64,000 nt of DNA from Polyangia bacterium (GCA_039923495.1 JBDTCO010000006.1:35066-99065), one strand, 5' to 3'; positions 29,149 through 40,315 are shown, counted from the stretch's first letter. Made by a program: numbers and translations. Notes: generated by a model from the sequence alone, not told the origin.

Positions 29149-29268
29149 GAATCGAAAGGGAACAGGGCGACCAGCGTGGTCGTCGCTGCGCGGCCGCATG
29201 GTCGATGAGCTCAGCCGCGGAGCGACACCGCCGGCTTCCTGTCGCCGCGTTCCGTTCCGTGTTGCGAT

Positions 29269-30804
29269 TCAGTGGCAATCCGGCGGCAAGAGCCCCGGCC
29301 GCTCGAGCGCACAGACCCAGCGCCGCCCATCGGGGATGCACCGCGTGAGGTAGCCCGCGCGCACGTACTCGACGGGCGTGCGCGGGACGAGTGGCCCCGT
29401 CTCGTCGGTGGCTGCGAAGTGCGGGTGGTTGAGCACGAGGTCCGGCATCCACGCGACGACCTGCGCCGCGGACGCTTCCTTCGTGTGGCCGGGATCGTAG
29501 TCGCGCGTGATGCCGGGATGCATCGCGACCTCGCGGGTGTTGAGGCCGAGCGTGTCGAAGGTGCGAAAATCGGTCTCCCACGGGATGACGCCGGCGGGCC
29601 GGACGCTCATCGACGTCGATGGCGGATAGCAGCGCGCGAACGCCCGCCCGGCCCCGCGCCACTGCCGGGCGTAGCTCTTGACCGACACGATGACCTTGCC
29701 CGAGTCGAGCAGACCCTTCGAGACATCGTGCAGGCCTTGCATCTCGACGATCGCGAGCGCCGCGCAGGCGATCCCGACGACCATCTGCACGATGCGCTGT
29801 CCCGGTAGCTTCACGAGCACGAGGCCGAGGCCGGCCGCGATGAACGCCCACGCGGCCGGCACGAGCGGCTGGTAGAACCGGTGGCCCTCGAGGTAGTCGC
29901 CGCCGGCCGCTGCATACGTCCAGCACGACGCGAGCAGCCACGGCATGAACGCGAACGTCGCCGCACGACGCCGCGGCCCGCCGAGGATCGCCACCACCGG
30001 CGCCGCGAGCAGCACCGCGCCGATGTAGCGCGCCTTTGCGAACTCCTCGAGGTCGGGCACGCCGCGCTTGAAGAAGCGCACGCCCGAGAGCTTCGCGTAG
30101 TACGTGTTGGGCAGCGGGTAGCCGTAGTAGAGCCAGTGCCCGAAGAACAGTGTGGAGATCAGCAGCACCGTGAGCCCGAACCAGCCGGCCGCGCGACGTC
30201 GCTCGTCACCATGGCTGCGCAGCACGACGAGCGCGTCGTGCAGCAGCGCGACGGCGACGAGGATCACGCACTCGGGCCGCGCGAGGTACGCGAGCACGCA
30301 CGCGCCCGCGCGAGCCGCGTTCGGCAGGCGATGCACCGCGAGGCTGAGCAGCAGCAGCACCGCACAGACCGCAGCGAACGGGGTCTCCATGCCGGGCGCG
30401 GCCCACGTGATCCAGTCGCCCGAGGACAGCGTCATCGCGCACGCACACAGCGCGAGCGCGAACGACGCACCGAGGCGACGCGCGAGCAGGACTGCCATCC
30501 ATCCGCCGAGCAGCCCGAAGAGGTTGGAGGCGAGCACCGCCACGCGCGGACCGTTGAAGCCGAGCTTGAGCAAGAGCGCGAGAAAGAGCGTCCAGCCCGG
30601 GCTCGTGAACCCATCGACGCGGTCGTCGAGGTTGAACGACAGGTGCCCGTGCACGGCGAGGTTGCGCGCGTAGCGCAGCGTGATGAAGGTGTCGTCGAAG
30701 TCGAAGTCTCCGACGAGCCTGACCTCGCGAACCCAGTAGATCGCGAACCCGACGAGCGCGGCCAGGACCGCGAGCTGGGCGACGCGGCGCTCGGGGATCT
30801 TCAC
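29269..30804 (-). CDS. polytopic membrane protein, GT-C-like glycosyltransferase candidate
   Basis: 511 aa with 10 or more predicted TM helices in the N-terminal two-thirds and a soluble C-terminal domain. Confidence 0.5.
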   Translation of the reverse strand: MKIPERRVAQLAVLAALVGFAIYWVREVRLVGDFDFDDTFITLRYARNLAVHGHLSFNLDDRVDGFTSPGWTLFLALLLKLGFNGPRVAVLASNLFGLLGGWMAVLLARRLGASFALALCACAMTLSSGDWITWAAPGMETPFAAVCAVLLLLSLAVHRLPNAARAGACVLAYLARPECVILVAVALLHDALVVLRSHGDERRRAAGWFGLTVLLISTLFFGHWLYYGYPLPNTYYAKLSGVRFFKRGVPDLEEFAKARYIGAVLLAAPVVAILGGPRRRAATFAFMPWLLASCWTYAAAGGDYLEGHRFYQPLVPAAWAFIAAGLGLVLVKLPGQRIVQMVVGIACAALAIVEMQGLHDVSKGLLDSGKVIVSVKSYARQWRGAGRAFARCYPPSTSMSVRPAGVIPWETDFRTFDTLGLNTREVAMHPGITRDYDPGHTKEASAAQVVAWMPDLVLNHPHFAATDETGPLVPRTPVEYVRAGYLTRCIPDGRRWVCALERPGLLPPDCH

Positions 30805-30851
30805 GACGGCACGTATCTCCCGTCGTTCACCCCACCGTCAAGGAATCAAAG

Positions 30852-31346
30852 CTAGTCACACGCGTGCAGGTCGCAGCGACGGAAGCTCCAGCCGACGGGC
30901 TCCATCCACGAGACCTCGCCGGCGACGGCGCGGACGGTGACCTGCGACAGCGCGGTGGTGCCGTTGCCGAAGTCGAGCGTGATGTCGCGCGCGATGCCGT
31001 CGGTGCACTCGCCGCCGACGAGGACGGTGGAGGCGTCCGCGCTGTACCAGTCGGTGCCGAACGCGCACGAGACGCCGGTCTTCGTGTTGTGCACGAGGCC
31101 TGCGCCCTGCATCGGGGCGACCGTGTTGCCTTCGATGACCGACCGCAGCGTCGTGAGCGTGCCGCCGCCCTGGAAGACGTAGTCGGAGAACGACGTCGCA
31201 TCGTTCGATGCGGTCGCGCGCCACGAGCCGACATAGCGCTGCGCGTACGAGTCGTTTGCAGGTAACGAGGCTCCAGCATCGCACCCGGTAGCGAAGCCGG
31301 CAGCGACGGGGAACAGCGTGGCGAGGACGAGAGCAATCCGGGTCAT
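30852..31346 (-). CDS. hypothetical lipoprotein
   Basis: MTRIALVLATLFPVAAGFATGC signal and lipobox; 164 aa. Confidence 0.45.
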   Translation of the reverse strand: MTRIALVLATLFPVAAGFATGCDAGASLPANDSYAQRYVGSWRATASNDATSFSDYVFQGGGTLTTLRSVIEGNTVAPMQGAGLVHNTKTGVSCAFGTDWYSADASTVLVGGECTDGIARDITLDFGNGTTALSQVTVRAVAGEVSWMEPVGWSFRRCDLHACD

Positions 31347-31429
31347 GGTGTCTCCTTGTTTCGAGGCACCGTAACCGGGCAGATCGAGGGTCGCGAGTTT
31401 TTGGTCTCTCGAAAGACGACCGGGCGTGG

Positions 31430-31657
31430 CTACTTCGGCGCGGCGGGGTTGAAGAACAGCGTGATGGCGAGGCAGTGGAACGCTTCGTCACTCGACTGGG
31501 TGACGATCTTGTCGACGACCTGCACGGCCGGGTTCGCGGTGAGCCATGCGGTGATCTTTTCGCCGAGCTGATCACGCTCCGCGGCCATGGTCGCGGAGAA
31601 AACCTTCACGGCGGTGAAGTTGAGGGCGTTGCTGCCCGAGCTGCTTGAAGAGGCCAT
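31430..31657 (-). CDS. small hypothetical protein, about 75 aa
   Basis: Internal Met 6 nt after GGGAAGAAG-like RBS; 21 nt downstream of the LeuA-family gene stop. Confidence 0.3.
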   Translation of the reverse strand: MASSSSSGSNALNFTAVKVFSATMAAERDQLGEKITAWLTANPAVQVVDKIVTQSSDEAFHCLAITLFFNPAAPK

Positions 31658-31678
31658 TTTGATTCTTCTTCCCGTCAC

Positions 31679-32971
31679 CTACGGCGCCTTCGCGCCTCGA
31701 TGATCCTGTTGTTGTCGGTGCTGCGCGACGATGGTGCGGATCTCCACTTCGCTGAGGATGTGATCGCCCGCCTTCGCGGCCGCAAAGATCGCAGCGACGA
31801 GCGCCGGTGCGGGATCGATGCCACGCTTGGTCAGCCAGTAGACGACGTTGGACTCGCCGCTCATGTGGCCGATCTCGATCTCTTGCTCGCGTCCGAAGAG
31901 GCCCGCGGGCACCCCGGAGTAGATGCGGTCTGCGAGGAAGGCGTCGCCCTTCTTCTCCGCTTTTATGATCGCCGCCGCGTGCACACCGGTGGCCGTGCGA
32001 AAGGCATCGCTCCCGACGAGTGGATAGTTGTAGGCGATCGGTACCTCGCAGGCCTCGGACACCTTCGTGCAGAGCTCGATGAGGTGCGTGAGGTCGCGAT
32101 CACCGAGCTCGCCGAGGAGCTTCAGGTTCACGAGGATCTGGTCGAGCGCCGCATTGCCGACGCGCTCGCCGACGCCGAGCATCGTGCCGTGCACGCGGTC
32201 GGCGCCGAACTCGAGCGCGTAGATCGCGTTGGTCACGCCGAGGCCGCGGTCGTTATGGCCGTGCCAGTCGATGGCGACGTGGTTGGCACCGCGCTCCGCG
32301 AGGAAGCGCTGGGTCCAGCCGATGAGCGTGCGGATGCCGTCGGGCGTGGCGTGTCCGACCGTGTCGCACAGGCAAAGGCGCGTGGCGCCGTGCTCGATGG
32401 CGTTGTCGAACAGCGCGGAGAGCACCTCGGGCCGCGAGCGCGTGGTGTCCTCGGTGACGTAGGTGACCGGCAGCCCGTTCTTCACGGCGAGCGAGATCGC
32501 CTGGCCGGAGAGCTCGAGCATGCGCGGCAGCTCCCAGTTCTCGGCGTACGCGCGCACGGGCGACGAGCCGATGAACGCCATCACCTCGAGCGACATGCCG
32601 GTGCGCTGGCTGACCTCGATGATCGCGGCGATGTCGTTCACATGCGTGCGCCCCGCACAGGCGGGCCGGATCTTCAGCTTCTCGTCGCGGATGGCCTCCG
32701 CGATGCGCACGCAATCATCCACGGCGCGCTTGCCCGCGCCGGGCAGGCCGATGTCGACCGCGTCGATCCCGATCTGCTCGAGCAGGCGCAGGATCGTGAG
32801 CTTGTCCTCGATGCCGGGATCGCGCACCGATGGCGACTGGATGCCATCGCGCAGCGTCTCGTCGAAGAACGAGAACGGCTTCTTGAGGAGTGGGCCCTTT
32901 CTTTCGACCTCGTTCCAGTCGTAGATGATGTCGGCCTCGGACAGAGGCCCGTTGCTGCCGGGGTTGCTCAC
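31679..32971 (-). CDS. LeuA-family (2-isopropylmalate/homocitrate/citramalate synthase-like) acyl-CoA:2-oxoacid condensing enzyme without the LeuA regulatory domain
   Basis: GTG start overlaps the thiolase stop (GTGA); motifs FFDETLRDGIQSP, DTVGHATP, HGHNDRGLGVTNAIYALEFGADRVHGTMLGVGERVGN align with the LeuA DRE-TIM core; about 430 aa; the upstream 247 aa of ORF 31679..33712 are out-of-frame overlap with the thiolase. Confidence 0.75.
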   Translation of the reverse strand: MSNPGSNGPLSEADIIYDWNEVERKGPLLKKPFSFFDETLRDGIQSPSVRDPGIEDKLTILRLLEQIGIDAVDIGLPGAGKRAVDDCVRIAEAIRDEKLKIRPACAGRTHVNDIAAIIEVSQRTGMSLEVMAFIGSSPVRAYAENWELPRMLELSGQAISLAVKNGLPVTYVTEDTTRSRPEVLSALFDNAIEHGATRLCLCDTVGHATPDGIRTLIGWTQRFLAERGANHVAIDWHGHNDRGLGVTNAIYALEFGADRVHGTMLGVGERVGNAALDQILVNLKLLGELGDRDLTHLIELCTKVSEACEVPIAYNYPLVGSDAFRTATGVHAAAIIKAEKKGDAFLADRIYSGVPAGLFGREQEIEIGHMSGESNVVYWLTKRGIDPAPALVAAIFAAAKAGDHILSEVEIRTIVAQHRQQQDHRGAKAP

Positions 32972-34161
32972 GCCTCGATGACCACCGCGATGCCCTGACC
33001 GCCGCCGATGCACGCCGAGCCGACCGCGCGCTTGCCGCCGCGACGACGCAGCTCGTGCGTGAGGTGCGCCATGATGCGCGCGCCCGAGGCGCCGAGCGGA
33101 TGACCGAGCGCGATGGCGCCACCGTCCACGTTGGTGCGTTCGCGGATGAGGCCGAGCTCCTTTTCGACCGCGAGGTACTGCGGCGCGAAGGCCTCGTTGA
33201 CCTCGACGAGATCGAAGTCGGCGATCTTGGTGTTCGTGCGGTCCATGACCTGGCGGATCGCGGGCACCGGCCCGATGCCCATGATCTTCGGATCGACGCC
33301 GGCGATGCCCCAGCTCGTGATCTTGGCGAGCGGCGTCCAGCCGTTCTTCTCGCCGGCCTCCTTCGAGCACAGCACGAGCGCAGCGGCACCGTCGCAGATG
33401 CCCGACGCGTTGCCGGCGGTGACGACGCCATCCTTCTTGAACACGGTCGGCAGCTTGGCGAGGATCTCGGGCGTCGTGGTGGGACGCGCGTGCTCGTCGA
33501 CGGAGAAGGCCACGGGACCCTTCTTGCTCTTGAGCTCGATGGGCGCGATCTCCTCCTTGAAGCGACCGGCCTCGTTCGCCGCGGCCCATGTCTGCTGCGA
33601 GCGCAGCGCGTAGTCGTCGCACTCCTTGCGGGTGATCTTGTGCTGCTCGGCGAGGTTCTCGGCGGTCATGGCCATGGGCAGGCCCGTGAACGTGTCGGTG
33701 AGCGAGTCCCACAAAGAGTCGGACAGCTGACCCGGACGACCGAACGGCAGGCCCGTGCGCGCGCCGTAGATGACGTGCGGCGCCTGCGACATCGACTCCG
33801 TACCACCGACGAGCGAGACCTCGGACTCACCGAGCAGGATGCTCTGTGCGCCCTGCACGATGGCCTCGAAGCCGGAGCCGCACAGCCGGTTGACCGTGAG
33901 CGCGGGGACGGGGATCGGCACGCCCGAGCGCAGGCCGACGTGGCGCGCCAGGTAGATCGCGTCGCGCGAGGTCTGCTGCACGTTGCCGAAGAAGACGCTG
34001 TTCACGCGCTCCGGAGAGACCTTGCCGGCGGTGAGCGCGGCCTTCGCGGCCTCGACGGCGAGATCGGTGGCGGACAGATCCTTGAGGGCACCGGAGAACG
34101 CACCGAACGCGGTGCGCTTGGCGGCGACGATCCAGATTTCGCGGGAGAGCTTGTGGGCCAT
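32968..34161 (-). CDS. acetyl-CoA C-acetyltransferase (thiolase II)
   Basis: 397 aa; catalytic Cys region VNRLCGSGFEAI, NEAFA, and C-terminal GHPLGASGARI...CIGGGQGIA. Confidence 0.85.
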   Translation of the reverse strand: MAHKLSREIWIVAAKRTAFGAFSGALKDLSATDLAVEAAKAALTAGKVSPERVNSVFFGNVQQTSRDAIYLARHVGLRSGVPIPVPALTVNRLCGSGFEAIVQGAQSILLGESEVSLVGGTESMSQAPHVIYGARTGLPFGRPGQLSDSLWDSLTDTFTGLPMAMTAENLAEQHKITRKECDDYALRSQQTWAAANEAGRFKEEIAPIELKSKKGPVAFSVDEHARPTTTPEILAKLPTVFKKDGVVTAGNASGICDGAAALVLCSKEAGEKNGWTPLAKITSWGIAGVDPKIMGIGPVPAIRQVMDRTNTKIADFDLVEVNEAFAPQYLAVEKELGLIRERTNVDGGAIALGHPLGASGARIMAHLTHELRRRGGKRAVGSACIGGGQGIAVVIEA

Positions 34162-34173
34162 GGGTGGTACTCC

Positions 34174-36153
<1,980 letters not shown>

Positions 36154-36334
36154 GGGAACCTCGAACCGAGCAGGCAAAATATGCTTTGTATGCGGGCTCT
36201 TGCAAGGTGGATCCGCGTCGAGCAAAGCCTGCATAAGACTGCGAGCTCGCGGCAAACCCGCGCAGGCACGACAAAGGTCGAGTGACGAGCGGCGCTGGCG
36301 ACGCGCATTACATGATGGGAAATTGCAGGTCCTG

Positions 36335-36988
36335 ATGCCGAAGCTGCCCCTCATCCTCATCCTCGACTTCGACGGCACCGTCACCGAGCGCGACATCGGT
36401 GACGAGATCTGCGAGCGCTTCGCCCACGAGAGCTGGAAGGCGATCGACGACCTCTGGGTGAAGAACGAGATCACGCTCCCGGAGGCGCAGCGCCGCATGT
36501 GGGCGCTCGCTCGCTGCACGCGCGACGAGGCCGTGCAGCACGCGCGCGACGTGGGGCACCGACGCCCGGGCCTGCACGCGCTGCTCGATGCCGTCGAGAA
36601 GATGGGTGCAGAGGTGTGGCTCGCGTCCGGCGGCTTCGACTTCTACGTCGAGGCGCTGCTCGCCGAGGAGAGCCCGCGCTTCGCACGCCGCTATTACAAC
36701 GCCACGCGCTTTGCCGATGGCCTCGTCGAGGTCTCGTTCCCGCACGAGGCGCTCGCGTGCGACCGGTGCGCGGTCTGCAAGGGCAAGGTCTGCGACGAGG
36801 CGCGGTTGCTCGCGGAGCGCGTCATCTTCGTCGGCGACGGCTCGTCCGATCGCTGCGCGGTCGGGCGCTGCGACGCGCTCTTCGCCGTCGAGGGCGGCAT
36901 CCTCGATCGACACTGCAAGGAGCGCCGTGCCGAGGTCACGCGCTTCCGCACGTTCGACGAGGTGACGCGTGCTATCATGAATCCGTGA
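36335..36988 (+). CDS. HAD-superfamily hydrolase (phosphatase, PSP/MtnX-like)
   Basis: MPKLPLILILDFDGTVTERD (HAD motif I DxDGT), later VIFVGDGSSD (motif IV); divergent from the aconitase-family gene. Confidence 0.7.
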   Translation: MPKLPLILILDFDGTVTERDIGDEICERFAHESWKAIDDLWVKNEITLPEAQRRMWALARCTRDEAVQHARDVGHRRPGLHALLDAVEKMGAEVWLASGGFDFYVEALLAEESPRFARRYYNATRFADGLVEVSFPHEALACDRCAVCKGKVCDEARLLAERVIFVGDGSSDRCAVGRCDALFAVEGGILDRHCKERRAEVTRFRTFDEVTRAIMNP

Positions 36989-37221
36989 GCGACGAGGAAC
37001 GACGCGCACGAGCCGAGGCCCGACAGGCGTGGCCCATCCTGCGCGCTGAGCTGGCGGATGAGCAGGCGCCCGACGTGAGCGGTTTGTCGGCGGGAGAACG
37101 AGTGGCGATGGTGTGGGCGCTCACGCTCGATGCGTGGGCCTCCTCGGGGCGAGAGCTTCCCGTGTACGAGCGTCGTGATGTTCCTGGAAAGTTGCGACGC
37201 CTCGCCGATGACCGTTGCTGA
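36985..37221 (+). CDS. small hypothetical protein, 78 aa
   Basis: GTG start overlapping the HAD stop (GTGA); not in the ORF track as a separate entry. Confidence 0.3.
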   Translation: MSDEERRARAEARQAWPILRAELADEQAPDVSGLSAGERVAMVWALTLDAWASSGRELPVYERRDVPGKLRRLADDRC

Positions 37222-37675
37222 GCTCAACGATGACTTTCGAGACATGTTCACCTGTCTCATCGAGCAAGGCGTGGACTATGTCGTCGTCGGGGCTCACGCC
37301 CTGGCAATGCACGGCATCCCGCGGGCGACTGGCGACATCGACATCCTCGTGAGACCCAGCGCCGACAATGCTGCGCGTGTCGTTCGTGCGCTCGAACGCT
37401 TCGGTGCGCCGCTGGAAGCGCATGGCATCGCGGCATCCGACTTCGAGCGCGAGGGCAACGTCTATCAGGTGGGCCTGCCTCCTCGCCGGATCGATCTGTT
37501 GACCTCCATCACGGGAGTCGACATCGAGGACGCCTTCAGGACGCGCGTCGAGGCCAGCGTCGGTGCACTGCGCTTGCAGTTCATCGGGCGGGCCGCGCTG
37601 CTGCAGAACAAGCGCGCGACGGACCGCCCCAAGGACCGCGCCGACGTGATCGAGCTCGAGAAGCTCGGCCGCTGA
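37208..37675 (+). CDS. minimal nucleotidyltransferase-fold protein (MNT-like)
   Basis: MTVAELNDDF...GIPRATGDIDILV matches the G[SX]-x9-13-DxD NTase motif; overlaps the preceding small ORF by 14 nt (alternative start ATG 37178). Confidence 0.45.
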   Translation: MTVAELNDDFRDMFTCLIEQGVDYVVVGAHALAMHGIPRATGDIDILVRPSADNAARVVRALERFGAPLEAHGIAASDFEREGNVYQVGLPPRRIDLLTSITGVDIEDAFRTRVEASVGALRLQFIGRAALLQNKRATDRPKDRADVIELEKLGR

Positions 37676-37676
37676 G

Positions 37677-38438
37677 TCAGGCCTTCTTGCGGTCGATCGC
37701 GAACGGCGAGAAGGCCTGGCACACCGGCATGAGCTGCATGCCGTTCACGTTCATGTGCGCGGGCAGCGTCGTGACCCACAGCACCGCCTCGGCGATGTCC
37801 TCCGACGTGAGCGGCTGCGTCCCCTCGTAGACCTTGTCCGCACGCGCCTGATCGCCGCCGAAGCGCACCGTCGAGAACTCGGTGCCGCCGCACAGGCCGG
37901 GCTCGAGGTTGGTGACGCGCACCGGGGTGCCGAGCAGGTCCGCGCGCAGGTTGAGGCTGAACTGATCCACGAAGGCCTTCGTCGCGCCGTACACGTTGCC
38001 GCCTGGATACGGATAGCGCCCCGCGACGGAGCCGATGTTCACGACGTGGCCGCGACCGCGCTCGACCATGCCGGGCAGGAGCGCGCGCGTGACGTACGCC
38101 AGGCCCTTGACGTTGGTGTCGATCATGCGGTCCCAGTCGTCGAGGTCGGCCTCGTGCGCCCTGGCGAGCCCGAGCCCGAGGCCGGCGTTGTTGACGAGCA
38201 CGTCGACGGCTGCGAACTCCGCGGGCAGCGAGTCGACACACGCGCTCACGCCTGCGCGATCACGCACGTCGAGCACCCGCGCAAGGAGGTTCGGCCCGAG
38301 CTGTCGGGCGAGCTCGTCGAGGCGATCTTGCCTGCGACCGGTGGCGACGACTCGGTCGCCGCGATCGATGAAGCGCTTCGCGATCGCGGTGCCGAAGCCC
38401 GCGGTGGCACCGGTGACGAAGACGGTGAGATGGCTCAT
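37677..38438 (-). CDS. short-chain dehydrogenase/reductase (SDR) family oxidoreductase
   Basis: Internal Met MSHLTVFVTGATAGFG (TGxxxGxG), NNAG, catalytic YxxxK region (YGATKAF). Confidence 0.8.
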   Translation of the reverse strand: MSHLTVFVTGATAGFGTAIAKRFIDRGDRVVATGRRQDRLDELARQLGPNLLARVLDVRDRAGVSACVDSLPAEFAAVDVLVNNAGLGLGLARAHEADLDDWDRMIDTNVKGLAYVTRALLPGMVERGRGHVVNIGSVAGRYPYPGGNVYGATKAFVDQFSLNLRADLLGTPVRVTNLEPGLCGGTEFSTVRFGGDQARADKVYEGTQPLTSEDIAEAVLWVTTLPAHMNVNGMQLMPVCQAFSPFAIDRKKA

Positions 38439-38484
38439 CCGAGTCGAGTAGCACAGGTCGGCGCAGGAGCGGCGACCGGCTGGT

Positions 38485-38690
38485 GCGAGGTCAGAACGCG
38501 CGCGAGCAACGCGCGGAGGGAGACGTGAGGTCAGAACGCGCGCGAGCAACGCGCGGAGGGAGACGTGAGGTCAGAACGCGCGCGAGCAACGCGCGGAGGG
38601 AGGCGTGAGGTCAGAACGCGCGCGAGCAACGCGCGGAGGGAGGCGTGAGGTCAGAACGCGCGCGAGCAACGCGCGGAGGGAGGGGAGGCT
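38485..38690. repeat. five tandem copies of a 40-bp unit (ggtcagaacgcgcgcgagcaacgcgcggagggaRRcgtga), each with an internal cgcgcg-agcaa-cgcgcg palindrome
   Basis: Copies begin near 38488, 38528, 38568, 38608 and 38648; the first two are identical, copies 3-4 differ by one base (gagac to gaggc), copy 5 diverges at its end; intergenic. Confidence 0.85.
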
Positions 38691-38766
38691 CATCGGGCTC
38701 CGCCCGATGAGGGGAGGCGGGAAGGCCGCCCCCTAAAAGAAGCGGAGGCGGAAGGCCGCCCCCTAA
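38689..38766. repeat. 10-bp-arm hairpin (ctcatcgggc tcc gcccgatgag) followed by a duplicated 17-mer ggaaggccgccccctaa at the 3' end of the DUF2237 gene
   Basis: Arms at 38689-38698 and 38702-38711; 17-mer at about 38720-38736 and 38750-38766; candidate terminator. Confidence 0.55.
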
Positions 38767-39140
38767 TTAATATCCACCGCGTGGGCCTTGAGCGCCTCGA
38801 GCGACACGATGTCGAGCGTGTCGACGTGCGTCGCGGCGATGAAGACCTTAGGCGCCTTGCCGGCGTCGTACGCCTCTTTCCAGCGCGCGGCGCAGAGGCA
38901 CCACTTGTCGCCGGGCTTGAGGCCCGCGAAGCCGTGCGCGGGCGCGGCCGTCGAGAGGTCGTTGCCGCGCGCGCGGCTGTACGCGAGGAAGTCCTCGGTC
39001 ACCTGCACGCAGACGGTGTGGACGCCGCGATCGGTGTCGTCGGTGTCGCAGCAGCCGTTGCGGAAGTAGCCGGTCTTGGGGCGCTCGCTGCACATCGCGA
39101 GCGGTGTGCCGAGGACGTTGAGCGAGGGTCGCATGCACAC
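38763..39140 (-). CDS. DUF2237-family small Cys-rich protein
   Basis: LGTPLAMCSERPKTGYFRNGCCDTDDTDRGVHTVCVQVTEDFLAYSRARGNDLSTAAPAHGFAGLKPGDKWCLCAARWKEAY matches the DUF2237 pattern. Confidence 0.6.
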   Translation of the reverse strand: MCMRPSLNVLGTPLAMCSERPKTGYFRNGCCDTDDTDRGVHTVCVQVTEDFLAYSRARGNDLSTAAPAHGFAGLKPGDKWCLCAARWKEAYDAGKAPKVFIAATHVDTLDIVSLEALKAHAVDIN

Positions 39141-39163
39141 CTCCTACGCCAACGAGGTGTGCC

Positions 39164-40315
39164 TTACAACCCTGCGTCCACTGTCACAGGCGGGCACGAG
39201 GCGACGTCGGTGGAGGTGCACACCCCCGGACCGACGCCGAGATCGTCGCCATACGTCGAGCACACGAGCCCGGGCTCGCACAGGGTCGCGGCCGCGCCGC
39301 TGCAGCTGCCGGCGCGTGGGTGCAGCCAGTCGCACACCTGCGTCAGGCTGCACCCCAGCCCCGCCGCACACGGGGTGGTCACGCAGCGCTCGGCGGCGTA
39401 CGGCACGAACGAGGGGGCGGTGCACACGCCGCCTTCGCAGGTCTGGCTCCGAGGACAGCCGCTCACGCCCGTCGAGCTGCACGACGAGCCGACGTCGCCC
39501 CAGTCGGTGCACGTGCCGGTCGTGCCGCCGACGAGCCCCAGGCACGCGAGACCATCCTGGCAGGCGAGCGCGGTGTCGCACGCAACACCCCTTTGCAGCT
39601 GCTTCGTGCAGACGTGCGCGGCGGGATCGCAGTAGCGGCCGCTCTTGCACGGCTCGCTACCATCGCACGTCGTGCCGTCGTCGAGGATGATGGGATCGGC
39701 GCACGTGCCGTCGACGCACACGAAGCCGATGGCGCACGCGACGTCGTCACTGCACGCCTTGCCTCGGGCCCGCTTCGGCTGGCAGGTGCCGCTGCACCAC
39801 GCGACGGTGGGATCACAGGTGTGCTCGACATCGCTGGTGCCGCACGGGGCGCCATAGCTCGCGTAGGCGACGCACGTGCCTTTGCACGACGGTTCGTGCA
39901 CGCAGACTCCGCCCTCGCACTCGAGGTCGGACGTGCATAGCGCTCCCACCTGGGCGCGCGGCCGTACGACCACATCGCAGATGCGGCCCCGCTTTCGCGC
40001 GGCCAGCACGGGATCGCACGGCGAGCGCTCGACCGCATCGAGGCAGCTCTGCGCATCGACCGAGTCGTAGCCGAGGCGATGCTCGTCGATGGACGCAGGC
40101 AGATCGAGCGCGTCGGGTGCCGCGCGATCGGCGGCAGCGTCATGCAGGATGGCCAGCACGCCGTCGGTGCCGCACGAGGCGCGCTCGCCGCGTCCCGCCT
40201 GGCCGCAGCGCCTCGCCCATGCGCAGCTCGAGTCGACGAGCTGGTTGCGAAAAGCCTCGTAGCGCCCCGGCCCGCAGGCGCTCGCGAGCAGCAGCACGAC
40301 GAACGCGGCGCGCAT
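39164..40315 (-). CDS. large Cys-rich secreted lipoprotein
   Basis: Internal Met MRAAFVVLLLASACG lipobox; about 60 Cys in repeated C..G.C/CxDG.C modules over 384 aa. Confidence 0.55.
   Translation of the reverse strand: MRAAFVVLLLASACGPGRYEAFRNQLVDSSCAWARRCGQAGRGERASCGTDGVLAILHDAAADRAAPDALDLPASIDEHRLGYDSVDAQSCLDAVERSPCDPVLAARKRGRICDVVVRPRAQVGALCTSDLECEGGVCVHEPSCKGTCVAYASYGAPCGTSDVEHTCDPTVAWCSGTCQPKRARGKACSDDVACAIGFVCVDGTCADPIILDDGTTCDGSEPCKSGRYCDPAAHVCTKQLQRGVACDTALACQDGLACLGLVGGTTGTCTDWGDVGSSCSSTGVSGCPRSQTCEGGVCTAPSFVPYAAERCVTTPCAAGLGCSLTQVCDWLHPRAGSCSGAAATLCEPGLVCSTYGDDLGVGPGVCTSTDVASCPPVTVDAGL

Noticed and set aside
31679-33712. Single 677-aa ORF spanning the LeuA-family gene
   Set aside because: The N-terminal 247 residues are an out-of-frame read-through over the thiolase gene and are Arg-rich junk. 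The LeuA-like sequence begins at GTG 32971, overlapping the thiolase stop.
38485-38690. Tandem 40-bp repeats considered as a CRISPR array
   Set aside because: The units are directly adjacent with no unique spacers, the period is 40 bp, and no cas genes are nearby. It is a minisatellite-like tandem repeat, not CRISPR.
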